Shown here piece by piece: positions 24,385 through 36,200 of a DNA stretch of 64,000 nucleotides (position 1 is the stretch's first letter; each line of letters starts with the position of its first letter). Origin of the DNA: Camelus ferus (Eukaryota); NCBI RefSeq assembly GCF_009834535.1, contig NC_045704.1, positions 12,648,001 through 12,712,000 on the forward strand. Reading direction: 5' to 3'. The notes beneath the pieces are model-generated. The model saw nothing but the letters and a program-made list of their open reading frames with translations, had not been told where the DNA came from and did no database searches. The position numbers and the translations under genes were made by a program.

Positions 24385-25918
24385 ATGAGCGGGTTTAATT
24401 TTGGAGGCACTGGGGCCCCCACAGCGGGGTTCACGTTTGGCACCACAAAGACGGTGACAACCACACCAGCTACCAGGTTTTCTTTCTCTACGTCTGGCAC
24501 TGGCGGGTTTAATTTTGGGACTCCCTCCCAGACAGCCGCAAGTACCCCTTCCACCAGCCTGTTCTCATTCACTACCCAGGCTCAGACCCCAGGATTCAGT
24601 TTTGGGACCACCACTCCTGCTGCGGGAGCAACTGGGTTTTCTTTAGGGATCAACACTCCGAAGCTAAATTTGAGCAGCACGGCTGCCACGCAGGCCACGG
24701 CGCAGCCCACCGGCTTTGCGCTCAGTGGCGGCACCCTCACCAATGCCATCTCGAGCACCGTCACGTCCGCCCAGGGCACAGCGCCCACTGGCTTTGTGTT
24801 TGGGTCCACCACCACCACCACTGCTCCGTCCACCACCCCCGGGGGCTTCTCATTCACAAGTGGAAGCACATCCCAGACCGGGACTACTGGCTTCAGCATC
24901 AGCTCCACGGGAAGTTCGGCCCAGCCCACAGCCCTGGCCGGCTTGCCCTTCACTCCAGCTGCCACTGGAGCTGGGGCCACACAGCCTGCTGCTCCCACAC
25001 CTACCACTGCCACCACCAGTGCCGGGCCCACGCTCTTTGCCTCACTGGCCACTGCTCCAACTTCATCCACTGCTACTGGGCTCTCCCTTGGTGCCCCGGC
25101 GACCACGGCAGGAACTTCCGGAACAGGAACACTGGGCTTCAGCTTGAAGGCCCCCGGAGCAGCATCCACCACCTCCACAGCAACAACCCCCGCCACTGCC
25201 ACCACTGCCACCGGCTTCGCCTTGAGTCTGAAACCACTGGTGCCGGCAGGGATTCCCCAGCAACACACCAGCCACCGGGGCTGCCGCACCCGGTCCTGGT
25301 GCAACTGCCGGGGTGACGGCCAGTCCCGCCATGACCTACGCCCAGCTGGAGAGTCTGATCAACAAGTGGAGCCTGGAGCTGGAGGACCAGGAGCGGCACT
25401 TCCTGCAGCAGGCCACGCAGGTCAACGCCTGGGACCGCACACTGATCGAGAACGGGGAGAAGATCACCACCCTCCATCGTGAGGTGGAGAAGGTGAAACT
25501 GGACCAGAAGAGGCTGGACCAAGAGCTCGACTTCATCCTGTCTCAGCAGAAGGAGCTGGAGGACCTGCTGAGCCCACTGGAGGAGTTGGTCAAGGAGCAG
25601 AGTGGGACGGTGTACCTGCAGCACGCCGACGAGGAGCGCGAGAAGACCTACAAGCTGGCTGAGAACATCGACGCGCAGCTGAAGCGCATGGCCCAGGACC
25701 TCAAGGACATCATCGAGCACCTGAACACATCCGGGGGTCCCGCCGACACCAGCGACCCGCTGCAGCAGATCTGCAAGATCCTCAATGCGCACATGGACTC
25801 GCTGCAGTGGATTGACCAGAACTCGGCACTGCTGCAGCGGAAGGTGGAGGAGGTGACCAGGGTGTGCGAGGGGCGGCGCAAAGAGCAGGAGCGCAGCTTT
25901 CGCATCACGTTCGACTGA
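24385..25918 (+). CDS. NUP62: Nucleoporin p62, intronless CDS, 510 aa after removing one extra C at 25255-25258
   Basis: FG/Thr-rich N-terminus MSGFNFGGTGAP... and coiled-coil C-terminus MTYAQLESLINKWSLELEDQERHF...ERSFRITFD*. The two ORFs join if CCCC becomes CCC (IPSNTPA). Likely acceptor at 24320. Confidence 0.98.
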
Positions 25919-27003
25919 GAGTCCCCCCCACCCCCATCCCCCGGCTCCGAGGGTGTTCAGCTGGGCACGTGCAGTCATTGGTTTTTGGTTGCAATGAAAT
26001 CCTGCTTTGCTTGTTTCTTTCTTTCAAGCAGATGTGCTGTTAAGAGAACCATTCTGTGGTTTGACTTTTTGCCTTAGTGAATAGAAAGTATTCTAAGCCT
26101 CTGGTCTAGGCAGCAGCCTAGTGGGTATGGTTTCTGCGTGTGTCGTTAGTGTATCCTAGACCCTCCCCACCTGCTGCAGCCACCCTCCTCCCAGTGCTGG
26201 GGGAGTGCTGATCCGCCTGAGAACCGCCTGTCTCCCAGCCAGGGTACACTGGGCGGCCACTCTGCCCAGCACACAGTCACAGGTGCGAGAGAAAAGACTC
26301 AGCTTAAAGAACCTCCATCCTCGAGAGGACGGCAGCCTGGTATAAGTGTAAGCAGTACAAAGAAGGGACTTACGAATGGAATGGGTAGTGGGGTGTAGAA
26401 TTTCAGAGGAGGAAAGACAGGTCAGACAAGGGACTTGAATGAGGTTTTGAGAAAAGAGGTCTTCACGTTGCCTAGCTGACACGTCCTTACCCCCCGCGTC
26501 TCCTTATTTTAGTCCTCACCTCCTCCAGGAAGCCTTCTTGACCACCTCAAATCGGGGTCACACGGCCATCCTATGGGCCCCACACCACACTGAGCTTGCC
26601 AGCTGGCAAGTTTGGTAACACTCGCCATGTTGTATTCTGCTGACTGTTTACTTCTCTGCCTCCTTGTTAGATTGTGAGCCCCCCTGGACAGGGACTGCTT
26701 CTTGTTCCCCTTGTGTCTTCAGCACAATCCCTGTCACATTTGTCAAATGGATCAACAGTGGAGATAAAACCCAGCATAAAATATGAGTCAACAGAATGCC
26801 AGTCGAAGTGACCAGGGTGCCAGACGTGGCCACAGAATTGGTTCTGAAACTCCCAAAGCCAAAGCCAACCTGGTCGGTTACACTGAGAGCCATGGTGTCC
26901 AGAAGGCAGAAGCCAACCAGCTACATCCCACTCAGTCTTTTGTACTTGTCTCTTCCTTCTGCTGCACTCTCTGAAATCCCTATGACTGTACATTGCTTTT
27001 CTA

Positions 27004-27015
27004 AATAAAAATAAA
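27004..27015 (+). terminator. NUP62: Probable NUP62 polyadenylation signals (tandem AATAAA)
   Basis: AATAAA at 27004 and 27010, about 1.1 kb after the stop codon. Confidence 0.6.
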
Positions 27016-29379
27016 ATTTATTGGGGAGCAGAAAAGCTGTGGTTAGTGTGGATAACTTAGGAGAAGGTTGGAAAAAGAGCAGGTTCCAGATCAAGTGGGA
27101 TTCCATTTGTCTGAAACCCAGAAGCAGGCAAAACCAAGTATGTTGCCTAGACATGCACACATACACAGGTTCAGTCGGGGTTCCCCTTGGTGCTGATGGT
27201 GGGAGAGGAGCACATGGGAGAACCCATTAAGCTGGGCTATGTCTTTGAATACATGTAAGTGTCCAGTCATCTGTCACCACCCTGAAGGAGTTAGCTCAGT
27301 GGCCACGGGTATCAATGGCAGCATTCCTCTCCGTTCCCTGGGGCTGGCCAGGGGGTTCTGGTTGTGCTTCAACAGTGGGAAACAGGTAAAGCTGCTGGAG
27401 TGCAGATCTGTATCAGGTGATTCCCAGATCCCGGCCGGATGCTCTGCCTCTGCTCTCCATCCTCCCTCAGCCTGTGCCATGCTAAACCAGCTTTTGGCTA
27501 AAAAAGTGCCCATGGCTTGTTCTTGGACATTTATGGCCCTGTTTCTCAAAGTCACGATCATGAGTCATTTCAAAGACAAGTGTCCCATCCAAGCAGAAGC
27601 CACGGAGGACGGAGGCCAACAAACTAGACAGAGACAACTGGCAAGCCCAGTTGCTTCTCTCTGAAGGCTCCACCCCTGCCGCAGTGGCCCTTTGTGCAGT
27701 CTGAGCCTTGAGTACATCCAGGACCCATATCTGACCCTCCACCTGAAGGGAGGAGAGATGGAGAGGCCTCGAGTCCCCCTAGAAAGTAGAAAGTGGTATT
27801 TTACCTATATGTTTTCATTCAACAGCCACTTATGTAACACCTGCTATGGACCAGATCTGGCGTTGAGGGTTTCAAGAATGGAAGAGTATTTCTCTACCCA
27901 CAAGGTCACTGGCAGTGGCCACACACTCATGATTTAAAAAATATTTTTCTATAACTCAATTTAAAAAACGCTTATAAAAAATTAAAAATTTTTTTCTTGA
28001 GTTTGCATTTCCAAAGTATAGAATATTTTATTATTTTGCATGTAAAACATTAGTGAAGCTTAATTGCTTTCTTATAGTTGTATTTTTAAAATAAGAACAA
28101 ACTGAAGCTCTAGTTTTCCACCAGGGGATCTTAGGCACTCCACCTTGAACACAAGCAATTATAATAAATCAGCATGGTGGCCCCGTGGGAGGGATGGTTA
28201 CAATACTCTGGCACTGTGGGGGAAATGGCCCCACGGCTTCCTGGGGGAGTTGGGAGGGGTCCCCAAGGCGGCAGCAGGACCAGCAGCTGGCTGGGTGTCA
28301 CCCTGCAGATGCTTGCTTCGTTGTAATTGCAGTTTCCCTTTTCAGGAAGAAAACAGATGTGTTTCCTTGCCAGTCCAGACATATGGCCTCTACTTAAGTT
28401 CCTCTTCATTAATTAATATGAAGACAACAAAAGTGACTAAATTCGGAATCAGAGGCTTTTAAAGGTGAATTTCTCTCCTGAGTAAGCTGTTAAGTGCATT
28501 TCTTCTCCCTGTTTGGGGATAAGAGTGGCAATTGGGCTTATGGTTACAGCTCTGTTCATCTCATAAACCCTCAAACCTCTGTCTCCCTTGTGGCCCAGCC
28601 CCTTCCACAGGCTGATGCCCCTGCCTTGTCAGACCAGAGGTTTCCAGAGGGAAAGCATCCCTGGGTCTCCAAGGGGAAGTTGAAACAAATGATTCCCAAG
28701 CAGTGGTGTGCTGGTAGATGTTTGACGGTCAGCCCTCCAGGGTCAGGGAAAGGCTGGGAGCAAATGCTGATTCCCATGGTGTAGATAATACATAGTACAT
28801 ATAATATATAGTAAATGTAATCAAACAAGTGATGAGTTTTGAGTATTAGCTCTGTTTTGAATAAAATTAATCATAAATACTTTAATTTTCTAATAATGGC
28901 TTGCCAGGCAAAACCAGAAAAAGATCCAAAAATTAAACAGCTCTCTTGTACTAGTATGAGCCAGCTCCTGCACACCACTGCTCCCAAGTTTTTCAGTCAA
29001 CTTCTAAGTTGTCTGGGTGTTTTAAAAGTCTGCCCTCAGACCAAGCGGCTCTCTGTGGTAACTGTCTCAAGCTACCCCTGTGCCTGTCCCCTACCCCTCA
29101 CACACCTTGGCAGGGATCACTTCAAACACCAGTGACTCACCTGAGTACCCCTCCCCAACCTCACCTCCAGACACCATCCTGGTTCAACCCCATGACCTCG
29201 AGAGATTTCCCCAAGGCAGAGACCAGATCTGGGGTGCTCCTCTGCTGCATTCAGGCCTAGCCTAGGCCCTTGGGGTCACGTCAGACCTCCCCACCCTGTT
29301 CTAAAGACATAAACCCCAAATCAGCTGAACTGGAAGTGACCCTTACTGATGATGAAATATCACTCAGATGCAATGTGAG

Positions 29380-29935
29380 CTCTTTGCTGATTCAAACGAA
29401 CTGTTCAAAAAACGTTTGGGGACAATCTGGGAAGTGTAGGCACCAATTTCATTTTAAGTGTGATAATGGTATTGGAGTTTCTTTGGGGTGTTTTGTTTTT
29501 TTTTTTTTTTTTTTTTGGAGTTTTATTTTTGAAAAAGCAAGTAAGTTCCTATCTTTTAGAGCAGAGGTTGGCAAACTATGGCCCCACTTCCTGTTTCGGT
29601 ACATAAAATTTTATTGGAACACAGCCCCCACCTGTTCGTTAACATGTGACTGCTTAGAGGGCAGAGAGGAGTAGGTGGCGAGGCAGAGACCTTGTGGCCC
29701 AAAAAGCCTTAAATGTTTATAGAAAAAGTTCGCCAACCCCCGTGGTACGGAAACACCCTGGAAGGTTTACTTGCAAAATAGTAACGTGTCTGGGGTTTGC
29801 TTTAAAATAACCCAATGGGGGAGGGAGAAAATGAGACTGAAACAAGATGGGCTACGGGGCGATAAATGCCCTTGGGTTCATCCTCCGCTGCTCTGTTTTT
29901 ATGTATGTTTGAAACTTTCCATAATACAAAGCTTT
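29380..29935 (+). mobile_element. Old L1 (L1MC-like) 3' end interrupted by MER58A
   Basis: TTTGGGGACAATCTGGGAA...GTGTGATAATGGTATTG, resuming after the insertion as GGGGTTTGCTTTAAAATA...TGAAACTTTCCATAATA. Confidence 0.55.
29562..29742. mobile_element. MER58A-like hAT-Charlie DNA transposon
   Basis: TIRs CAGAGGTTGGCAAAC and GTTCGCCAACCCCCG; internal AAAATTTTATTGGAACACAGCC. Confidence 0.8.
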
Positions 29936-29990
29936 TGAGAAGAGAGGGCCTGCCCTCCACAGCCCCCCAACTGCTCTGACCCCACACCAG

Positions 29991-30137
29991 GACCCTGGCA
30001 TCTCTGGTCAAACAAGGGAATCGGGACAAAGCCACCACCACTCATCCCAGTTTCGCACACGCCCGATGATGACTTCTGTCCCGGGCTAACCAGAAAGGCC
30101 ATGGGTGCTGAGAGAGCCTGCCAGAGCCAGCCATGCA
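29991..30137 (+). CDS. IL4I1: Alternative first coding exon of the long IL4I1 isoform (IL4I1_2); acceptor approximate
   Basis: ACG CCC GAT GAT GAC TTC TGT CCC GGG CTA ACC AGA AAG GCC ATG GGT GCT GAG AGA... = (T)PDDDFCPGLTRKAMGAERACQSQPC, homologous to remembered human MPNDDFCPGLTIKAMGAERAPQRQPC. Phase-1 donor A|GTGAGT at 30138 joins 33384 in frame. Confidence 0.85.
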
Positions 30138-31054
30138 GTGAGTGCCCCCCATCACAGCCCTGGGGTTCTGGAAGCTGGGGAAGGAGGGCTCTGTGGAAAG
30201 GGGGTTCCTGTCGAGAGGTCAAGTCAGAGATCAGGGGCCTTAAGTAGGTCTCTCCTCTGCTCTCTGCACCCCTCCCCGTCCAGGTCTGGACCTCTGACTT
30301 CCACCTGGGGCCCTTGGTGTCCCCTAGGTAGGCCCCGCCCCAATATGAGGCCCAGTGAAAGTTTTAATACCGACCACTCAGGGTCTGGGGACTGAATCAG
30401 AGAAAAGGATATATGTAAGGCACTAGCCCTGTCCCACTGCACATCTCTATGGCCCACAACACCATTAGCTGGCCTGATGGGCCACAGAGGCCATCAGGGG
30501 GTCTGGCTACTTTGGTCAAGACCTAACCCCATTAGAACTGTCATTGTGGTTCTAGAAGCAAACCAAATAAGGTAGGTTTTCTCCCTAAAGATAATATTTA
30601 TCTGAAAGGAGTGACTTTTTTTAGAAACTCCATTATGAAACAAGACTATCCCCAAATCAGCTGAAGCAAACAGAGGCTTGATTTGATGGGAAGCCCTTTC
30701 CGACCATCTGCCCCATCCCTTGATTCTCACTGTGTGTCCTGTATCTCCTACTCACAAGCTTAGGGAACCAAGCCTCATTCAAACCCCTCTCTTTCCTGAC
30801 CTGATCCACCCTAATTCATACCCTAAATTCAAACCCTAACACCAATCTTTTTGATATTATCAGAAATGACTCTAGAAGGTCCAGTTATTTCTACTAAAGC
30901 AATCCCCAAATTACTGATAATCTCCTGACCCCAAAACAACCTCTGCTATATGGCCTTCCAGCACTACCTTTCCTGCCAGCAGTACCCTGGACTCCTTCCT
31001 GGACAACATCTGGCCACTCTTGGGCATTCCACCCAGCATCAACCTAACCTAGCG

Positions 31055-31240
31055 CAGTGGGTCTCACCCAGGGCCACTTTGCCTCCCTTTCCCCTGGGAA
31101 TGGCTGGCAATGTCCCAAGACACTTGCGGTTGGCAAGCCTTGAGGGGCAAGTGCTCCTGGCATCTAGTGGGTGGAGGCCAGTGATGCTGTTACATATCCG
31201 ACAAGCACAGGATGTTCCCCACAAAAATGGTCCCAACTCA
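31055..31240. mobile_element. MER20-like hAT-Charlie DNA transposon
   Basis: CAGTGGGTCTCACCC...GGCAATGTC...GGCATCTAGTGGGTGGAGGCCAGTGATGCTG. Confidence 0.8.
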
Positions 31241-31838
31241 CTAGTCCCAAGACAGAGAGCCCCTGCCCTGGCCCCATCCCTGGCCCACAGCCCAAGCTCG
31301 CCACTCACCATAAAGTGGTTGAGAACACAGGTCTGGAGCCTGGCTGCTAGGATCAAAGACTCTGTCCTCCAGGTCACTGTGAACGAAGCAGGGAGGGGTA
31401 TGCGCCAAGAAGGGCTTCCAGCTCCCCTGCCTGCCCCCTGGCCATCAGGCCATCTCAGAGAGGGAGCAGTCCCTCTCACTGCCATTTTTCGCTGACTCAC
31501 TCCTGGCTTTCTCTCTGAGGCTCTGTCCAGCTCACTGATTTTTGTTTCCTTCTTGGCCACTGCCTCCCCATCCACCCACATCAGATGTTTTCTGACTCAC
31601 TAGTATGCGCTCCTTCCAGCTTCCTGCCTCCATCAAACCACAGCCCTCTTTGATACACTGTTCGGATTTTCCCATCTGGTTGCTGCAGAGGACCTGCCAC
31701 CCTCTGGCTTTCCTCTTCACCACCTGGGTCCCCTCCCCCCACCCCAAGGAAAATCCCCAAGATTGCCTCTCCACCCCTACCCCTTTCAGGGAACCACCCT
31801 GTGTCCCCTTGGCTAAAGTCCTGAAGCCACGAGACCTC

Positions 31839-31856
31839 TGCTGCCCCCTGGTGGGG
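31839..31856 (-). promoter_or_regulatory. CTCF-like motif
   Basis: TGCTGCCCCCTGGTGG is the reverse complement of the consensus core CCACCAGGGGGCAGCA. Confidence 0.6.
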
Positions 31857-32729
31857 CTTCTTGAAGCCTAGGGCATCTTGTTCTCACTGCCCGCCACCCA
31901 CCCCCCGGGATAAAAGCGCCCACCAACGGTGGGTGGTGACAGCCAAAGGCAGGGAGAGAGGCGGAAGCTCCTGGGGCAGTTTCTCTGAGGTCCCCCACTC
32001 CCTGACGCCTGAGCCTGAGCCAGTCGTCCCTGTGGTTCTCAGTGCAGGGATGGAAAGGGCTCCTAGTGGGGGCTAGGGTCAGGGGACACTCACAGAACCC
32101 CCTCTGAGCACCCTCGCGGTGGCAGCAGCTGGCGTGTCCTAAGGAGCAGGGTCTAGTACTGACCCAGGTGCTATTCATGGGGCCTGATCTGGATTCACTA
32201 CCTAGTCCACAGCACTGTAACGGCCCCCACTCAACAGATGCTGACCAGAGCCACAGAGAGGGGAAGGCCCTTGCCCAAGTGCCCCCCTGGCAAGTGCCAG
32301 GCCTAGCACCCAGGCAGGCTGGTCCAGAGCTCATTCTGCTGACCACCCTGCAAGGCCCTTGCTGTACCTATTTCACTGAGGGGGAGACTGAGGCTCCAAG
32401 CAGCCACGTGTGGGGGTAGTAGAGCCAGCGAGGGCCCTCCAGGGCACAGGGACAGCTGACACAGAGGACTCAGAGGCTCTCCCAGGGAACATGCAACCCC
32501 AAGGCCAGAGACCACCCCCCTCCCCCTGCCCTGAGAATTAAGGAGGGCAGACACGGGGGCCCTGCAATTGGGGGACCAAGGGCTTGGAGCAGGCCGTGGG
32601 GTAGCCTCCACCCTTAGCATGGTTACCTGAGCATTTATTTCTGGCCTTCCAACTGCCCCTGAACTATCTGGGGCAAGAGGAAGAAAACAGACTGATTTGC
32701 TTCCTCCCCACCCCTTCCCCACCGGCAGC

Positions 32730-32955
32730 CCCTCCACCCAACTCGCGCCCTGGAGGGGAGTCCCTCAAAACCTCCTAGACTCTGAGCATCTGACCCTGCG
32801 ACCCAGGAAAGCAGTTTCATTTCCCTGCAGTCAGATTTCCCAAAAGGGAGGGGAGGGCGGGGCTCGGCTAGTTTTAAAGACAGAGAGAGGGGCCGTGGCA
32901 GACAAGCAGAGGGGACTGAGGAGAGAGGTGCTGCTGTTGCCGGTGGAGGGCCCAG
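32730..32955 (+). promoter_or_regulatory. IL4I1: IL4I1 proximal (immune) promoter and probable non-coding exon 1
   Basis: kappaB site GGGGAGTCCC at 32755, Ets-IRF element TTTCATTTCC at 32815, TATA-like TTTTAAA near 32872, weak donor CAG|GTAGC at 32956. Confidence 0.55.
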
Positions 32956-33294
32956 GTAGCTGCAGAGAGGCTGGGCACCACGGAAGTAGCCTGGGAGACA
33001 CAGAGAGCCGGGGAGAGGAGAGACAGACAGACAGACTGGGAGGAGGTGAGAGGAGAGGGAACAGAGAAAGACGGGAAGCAGGGAGGAGAGAAGAGGCAGA
33101 CAGGTGAGTACAGGACAGGAAACTGCTAGACTGGCATCAGAGGACACACGTCCAGAGAGACCCGGGCCACAGGGGTGAGGGCTGAGGTGGAAGCCAGGCA
33201 GCCCGCCTTGGGCCAGGCTAGGGTGGGACACAGGCTTCTGTCACAGTGGCCCTTGCTTCCCTCCCAACCCAGACACCGTCCCCCACCAAGAGTC

Positions 33295-36200
33295 ATGGGC
33301 TCCTTGGGTAAGTAAGCAGGGGAGGGGGCAGAACCTGCTTTTCTTCCCTCCACACCCACTGACCCTGTCCTCCTGCCTCCCAGCCTGGCGCCTCCTCGCC
33401 CTGGTCCCCATCTTCCTCAGCCTGGCGGCCTCCCTGGACTGGCACACTGCCCGGGGCTCTGACCCCTTCGAGAAATGCATGCACGATCCCGACTATGAGC
33501 AGCTGCTCAGAGTCGTGACCTTGGGCCTTAATCGGACCTCGAAGCCCCGGAGAGTGATCGTGGTTGGTGCTGGCGTGGCCGGGCTGGTGGCCGCCAAGGT
33601 GCTCAGTGATGCCGGACACAAGGTGAGGAATGCTGTTTGCAGTCGACCTTGAGTCTTTCCTGCTGCAGCCGAGAGTCCTGAGTGGAGGGACTTGGCGGCA
33701 TCCCAGTTGAGGGGTGGAGGTGATGGGAGATGTAGAGAGCTATGCTTTCCTCGTGGTCTGGGGAGTGAGGCCTGAATTCCCCTGCTCTAACACAACCCAG
33801 AGGGAGTGCGTGTCTGCACTGAGAGGCCTTTGACTTTCCCTCCCACTCGCATCCTGGAGGGGAGTCCCTCAGAACCTCCTCCAACCTCCTGGGGGGAATT
33901 TGTGTTGGTGGGGATGGAAACTCCACCAGAGGGGAAATGCCCCCTGAGGTCTAACCACTGTCTCTCTCACTGAAATCCAAGAATGAGTATGGGCTGGGCC
34001 AGTGGCTTCTGTACATAGGAGAAATCTCCCCACTCCCTAAGCTGGGAAGTCCCTCTGAATCTGGCCAGTGGCCTCCCTGCTGCAGTATGGAAATTGTCAT
34101 TCTGTGTATGTTCTGTTCTCCCATAAGCCTCTCCCATCTCCCCATAAAGAAAGGGACCTTCTCTAGTCTCCATCTGTGCTGCTGTGGGGGTGGGAGAGAG
34201 GGGGGCAGGCGTGGGGTGGAGATGAGGTGCCAGTGGCAGGAGCTGCTTGCCGCCCCTCATCCCTCAGGTCACCATCCTGGAGGCAGACAGCAGGATTGGG
34301 GGCCGCATCTTCACCTACCGGGACCAGAAGACGGGCTGGATTGGGGAGCTGGGAGCCATGCGCATGCCCAGCTCACACAGGTGAGGCCACCACAGCCCCA
34401 CCTTCATGCCCAGATTCAACCAGATTAGATCCCCAGCTCGATCGCTGCTCTGGTGCCAGCATGAACTCCAACTCTGATCCCAAACCTCGATCCCTGTTCA
34501 AGGTCTAGACCCAGCCTCCAACTCTGTCTTTTTGTTGCTGAAAGATCTGCCCCCGTCTCTGATGAGCCACATAATTCAGAGACAGGGTCTTACAGCCTAG
34601 AAGAAAAGAGACGGCTTTGTTGCTTTGCCGGGCAAAGGGGATCCACAGCAGGCTAATGCCTTCAAAGCTGTGACTCTACCTTGGGGATGGGGTAGTGTGC
34701 TTATGCAGTCGTAGCTCAAACAATAAAACATAGATAGCAATCAGCAAAATCATTTTCTTGTCCTAAGTTCAGAGTGGTGTCATGGTGTCTCTAGGTGACC
34801 AATTCAGTAGAGGCTAGCGATTGTCACTTTCTCAGTCTCTTCATCTAGCAAACGCCTGTGGCATGGGTTTTTCTGGTTTGTTTGTTTGTTTGTTTGTTTG
34901 ATAATTTAGCCTATTCTGTAGGCTTACAGTTTTGTGACCTTCTTCCTGGAGAACAACTCAGAAGCCAAGCATGATTACCAGACTAAAGCAGAAAAAGTAA
35001 AATTGATAGCTTTAGTTTTAACAGTGGGCCTGGAGCTGTGAGTAGCAACCAGTCAGTCAGGTCAGTTAACCATTTTAAGGGCAAGCATAAGAATAAGCAA
35101 TCTGTTAGCCTAAGTGTGGCCATTTTATTAATTCTTCACTTTTCCTAACTGCTACCTCAAGACCTCCTGGCTCCAGTCCCACCACTGTCCCCCTGAATGC
35201 TCGGGCCACCACATCCAGCCCCTCCAGATCCCCAGCCCTGTCTTCTCCGACCCTGGTCCTTTCCCTGACCCAAGCTCCCTCCTGCATCCAACCCAAAATC
35301 TGTCCACTTCATTCCCAGTAAAAGAGAACTCCTGCTCCAAACCCAATCGTAAAACAGTGTCACCCTCAGCTTTCCAACCTTGTTTCCACTTCATTCCCAT
35401 CCGCAGCACCGATGACCCCAGATCTAGCCCCACACCAGCCTCGTGCCCATCCCCAAACCCCATCCCTGGCTGCCCTACCCACCCGCTTCCCTTCTCCGAG
35501 CACCCCCGGCAGGGAGGGGCCCCTGACTGCCCCTCACCCGCAGCGTTTCCCCTCCCTCAGGATCCTCCATGAGCTCTGCAAGAGTCTGGGACTCAACCTG
35601 ACCAAATTCACCCAGTACGACGAGAACACATGGACGGAGGTGAACGAGGTGAAGCTGCGGAACTACGTGGTGGAGAAGATGCCCGAGAAGCTGGGCTACC
35701 CCCTGCACCCCAAGGAGAAGGGCCACTCACCCGAAGAAATCTACCAGATGGCTCTCAACAGGGTAGGCGGGTCCGCGAGCCCTGCAGCACTGTCCTTCCG
35801 CCCAGTCCTCCACGCTGTTGTGTCTCACACCCCCTTGCCTCCTCCCTGGCCTGGCTTTCCTATTCCTGTTCCTTCTAGTCTCTTCCATCTTTACTTTCCT
35901 CATAAACCCTGCTGATCCCCACCTCCGATCCCCTTCTCACCCACACACTGGCCTGGACATCCTCACCTTTCTACACCTTCGGCTTAAATTATGATATGCA
36001 GGCTTGTGTCTTCCAAGTCCATTTCCTGAGACTCAGACCTATGTCTGTCTCCACCGGGCCATCCCCCAGGATCCTCCAGCTCCCACTGAGCTCGGCATCT
36101 TCCCCAAACCCACTCATACTCCTGGGTGCCCCCTCTAACCAGTGCCGTCACCCGCCCCTGTCACACCTTGCTTCCTACCTTCCCTGTCAGTCCCCTGCCC

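Noticed and set aside
24582-25978. Long antisense ORFs (240 and 279 aa) over NUP62
   Set aside because: These are shadow ORFs of a GC-rich, codon-biased CDS.
30809-30839. Three CCCTAA hexamers resembling interstitial telomere
   Set aside because: They are spaced 12-13 bp apart rather than tandem; a short degenerate repeat.
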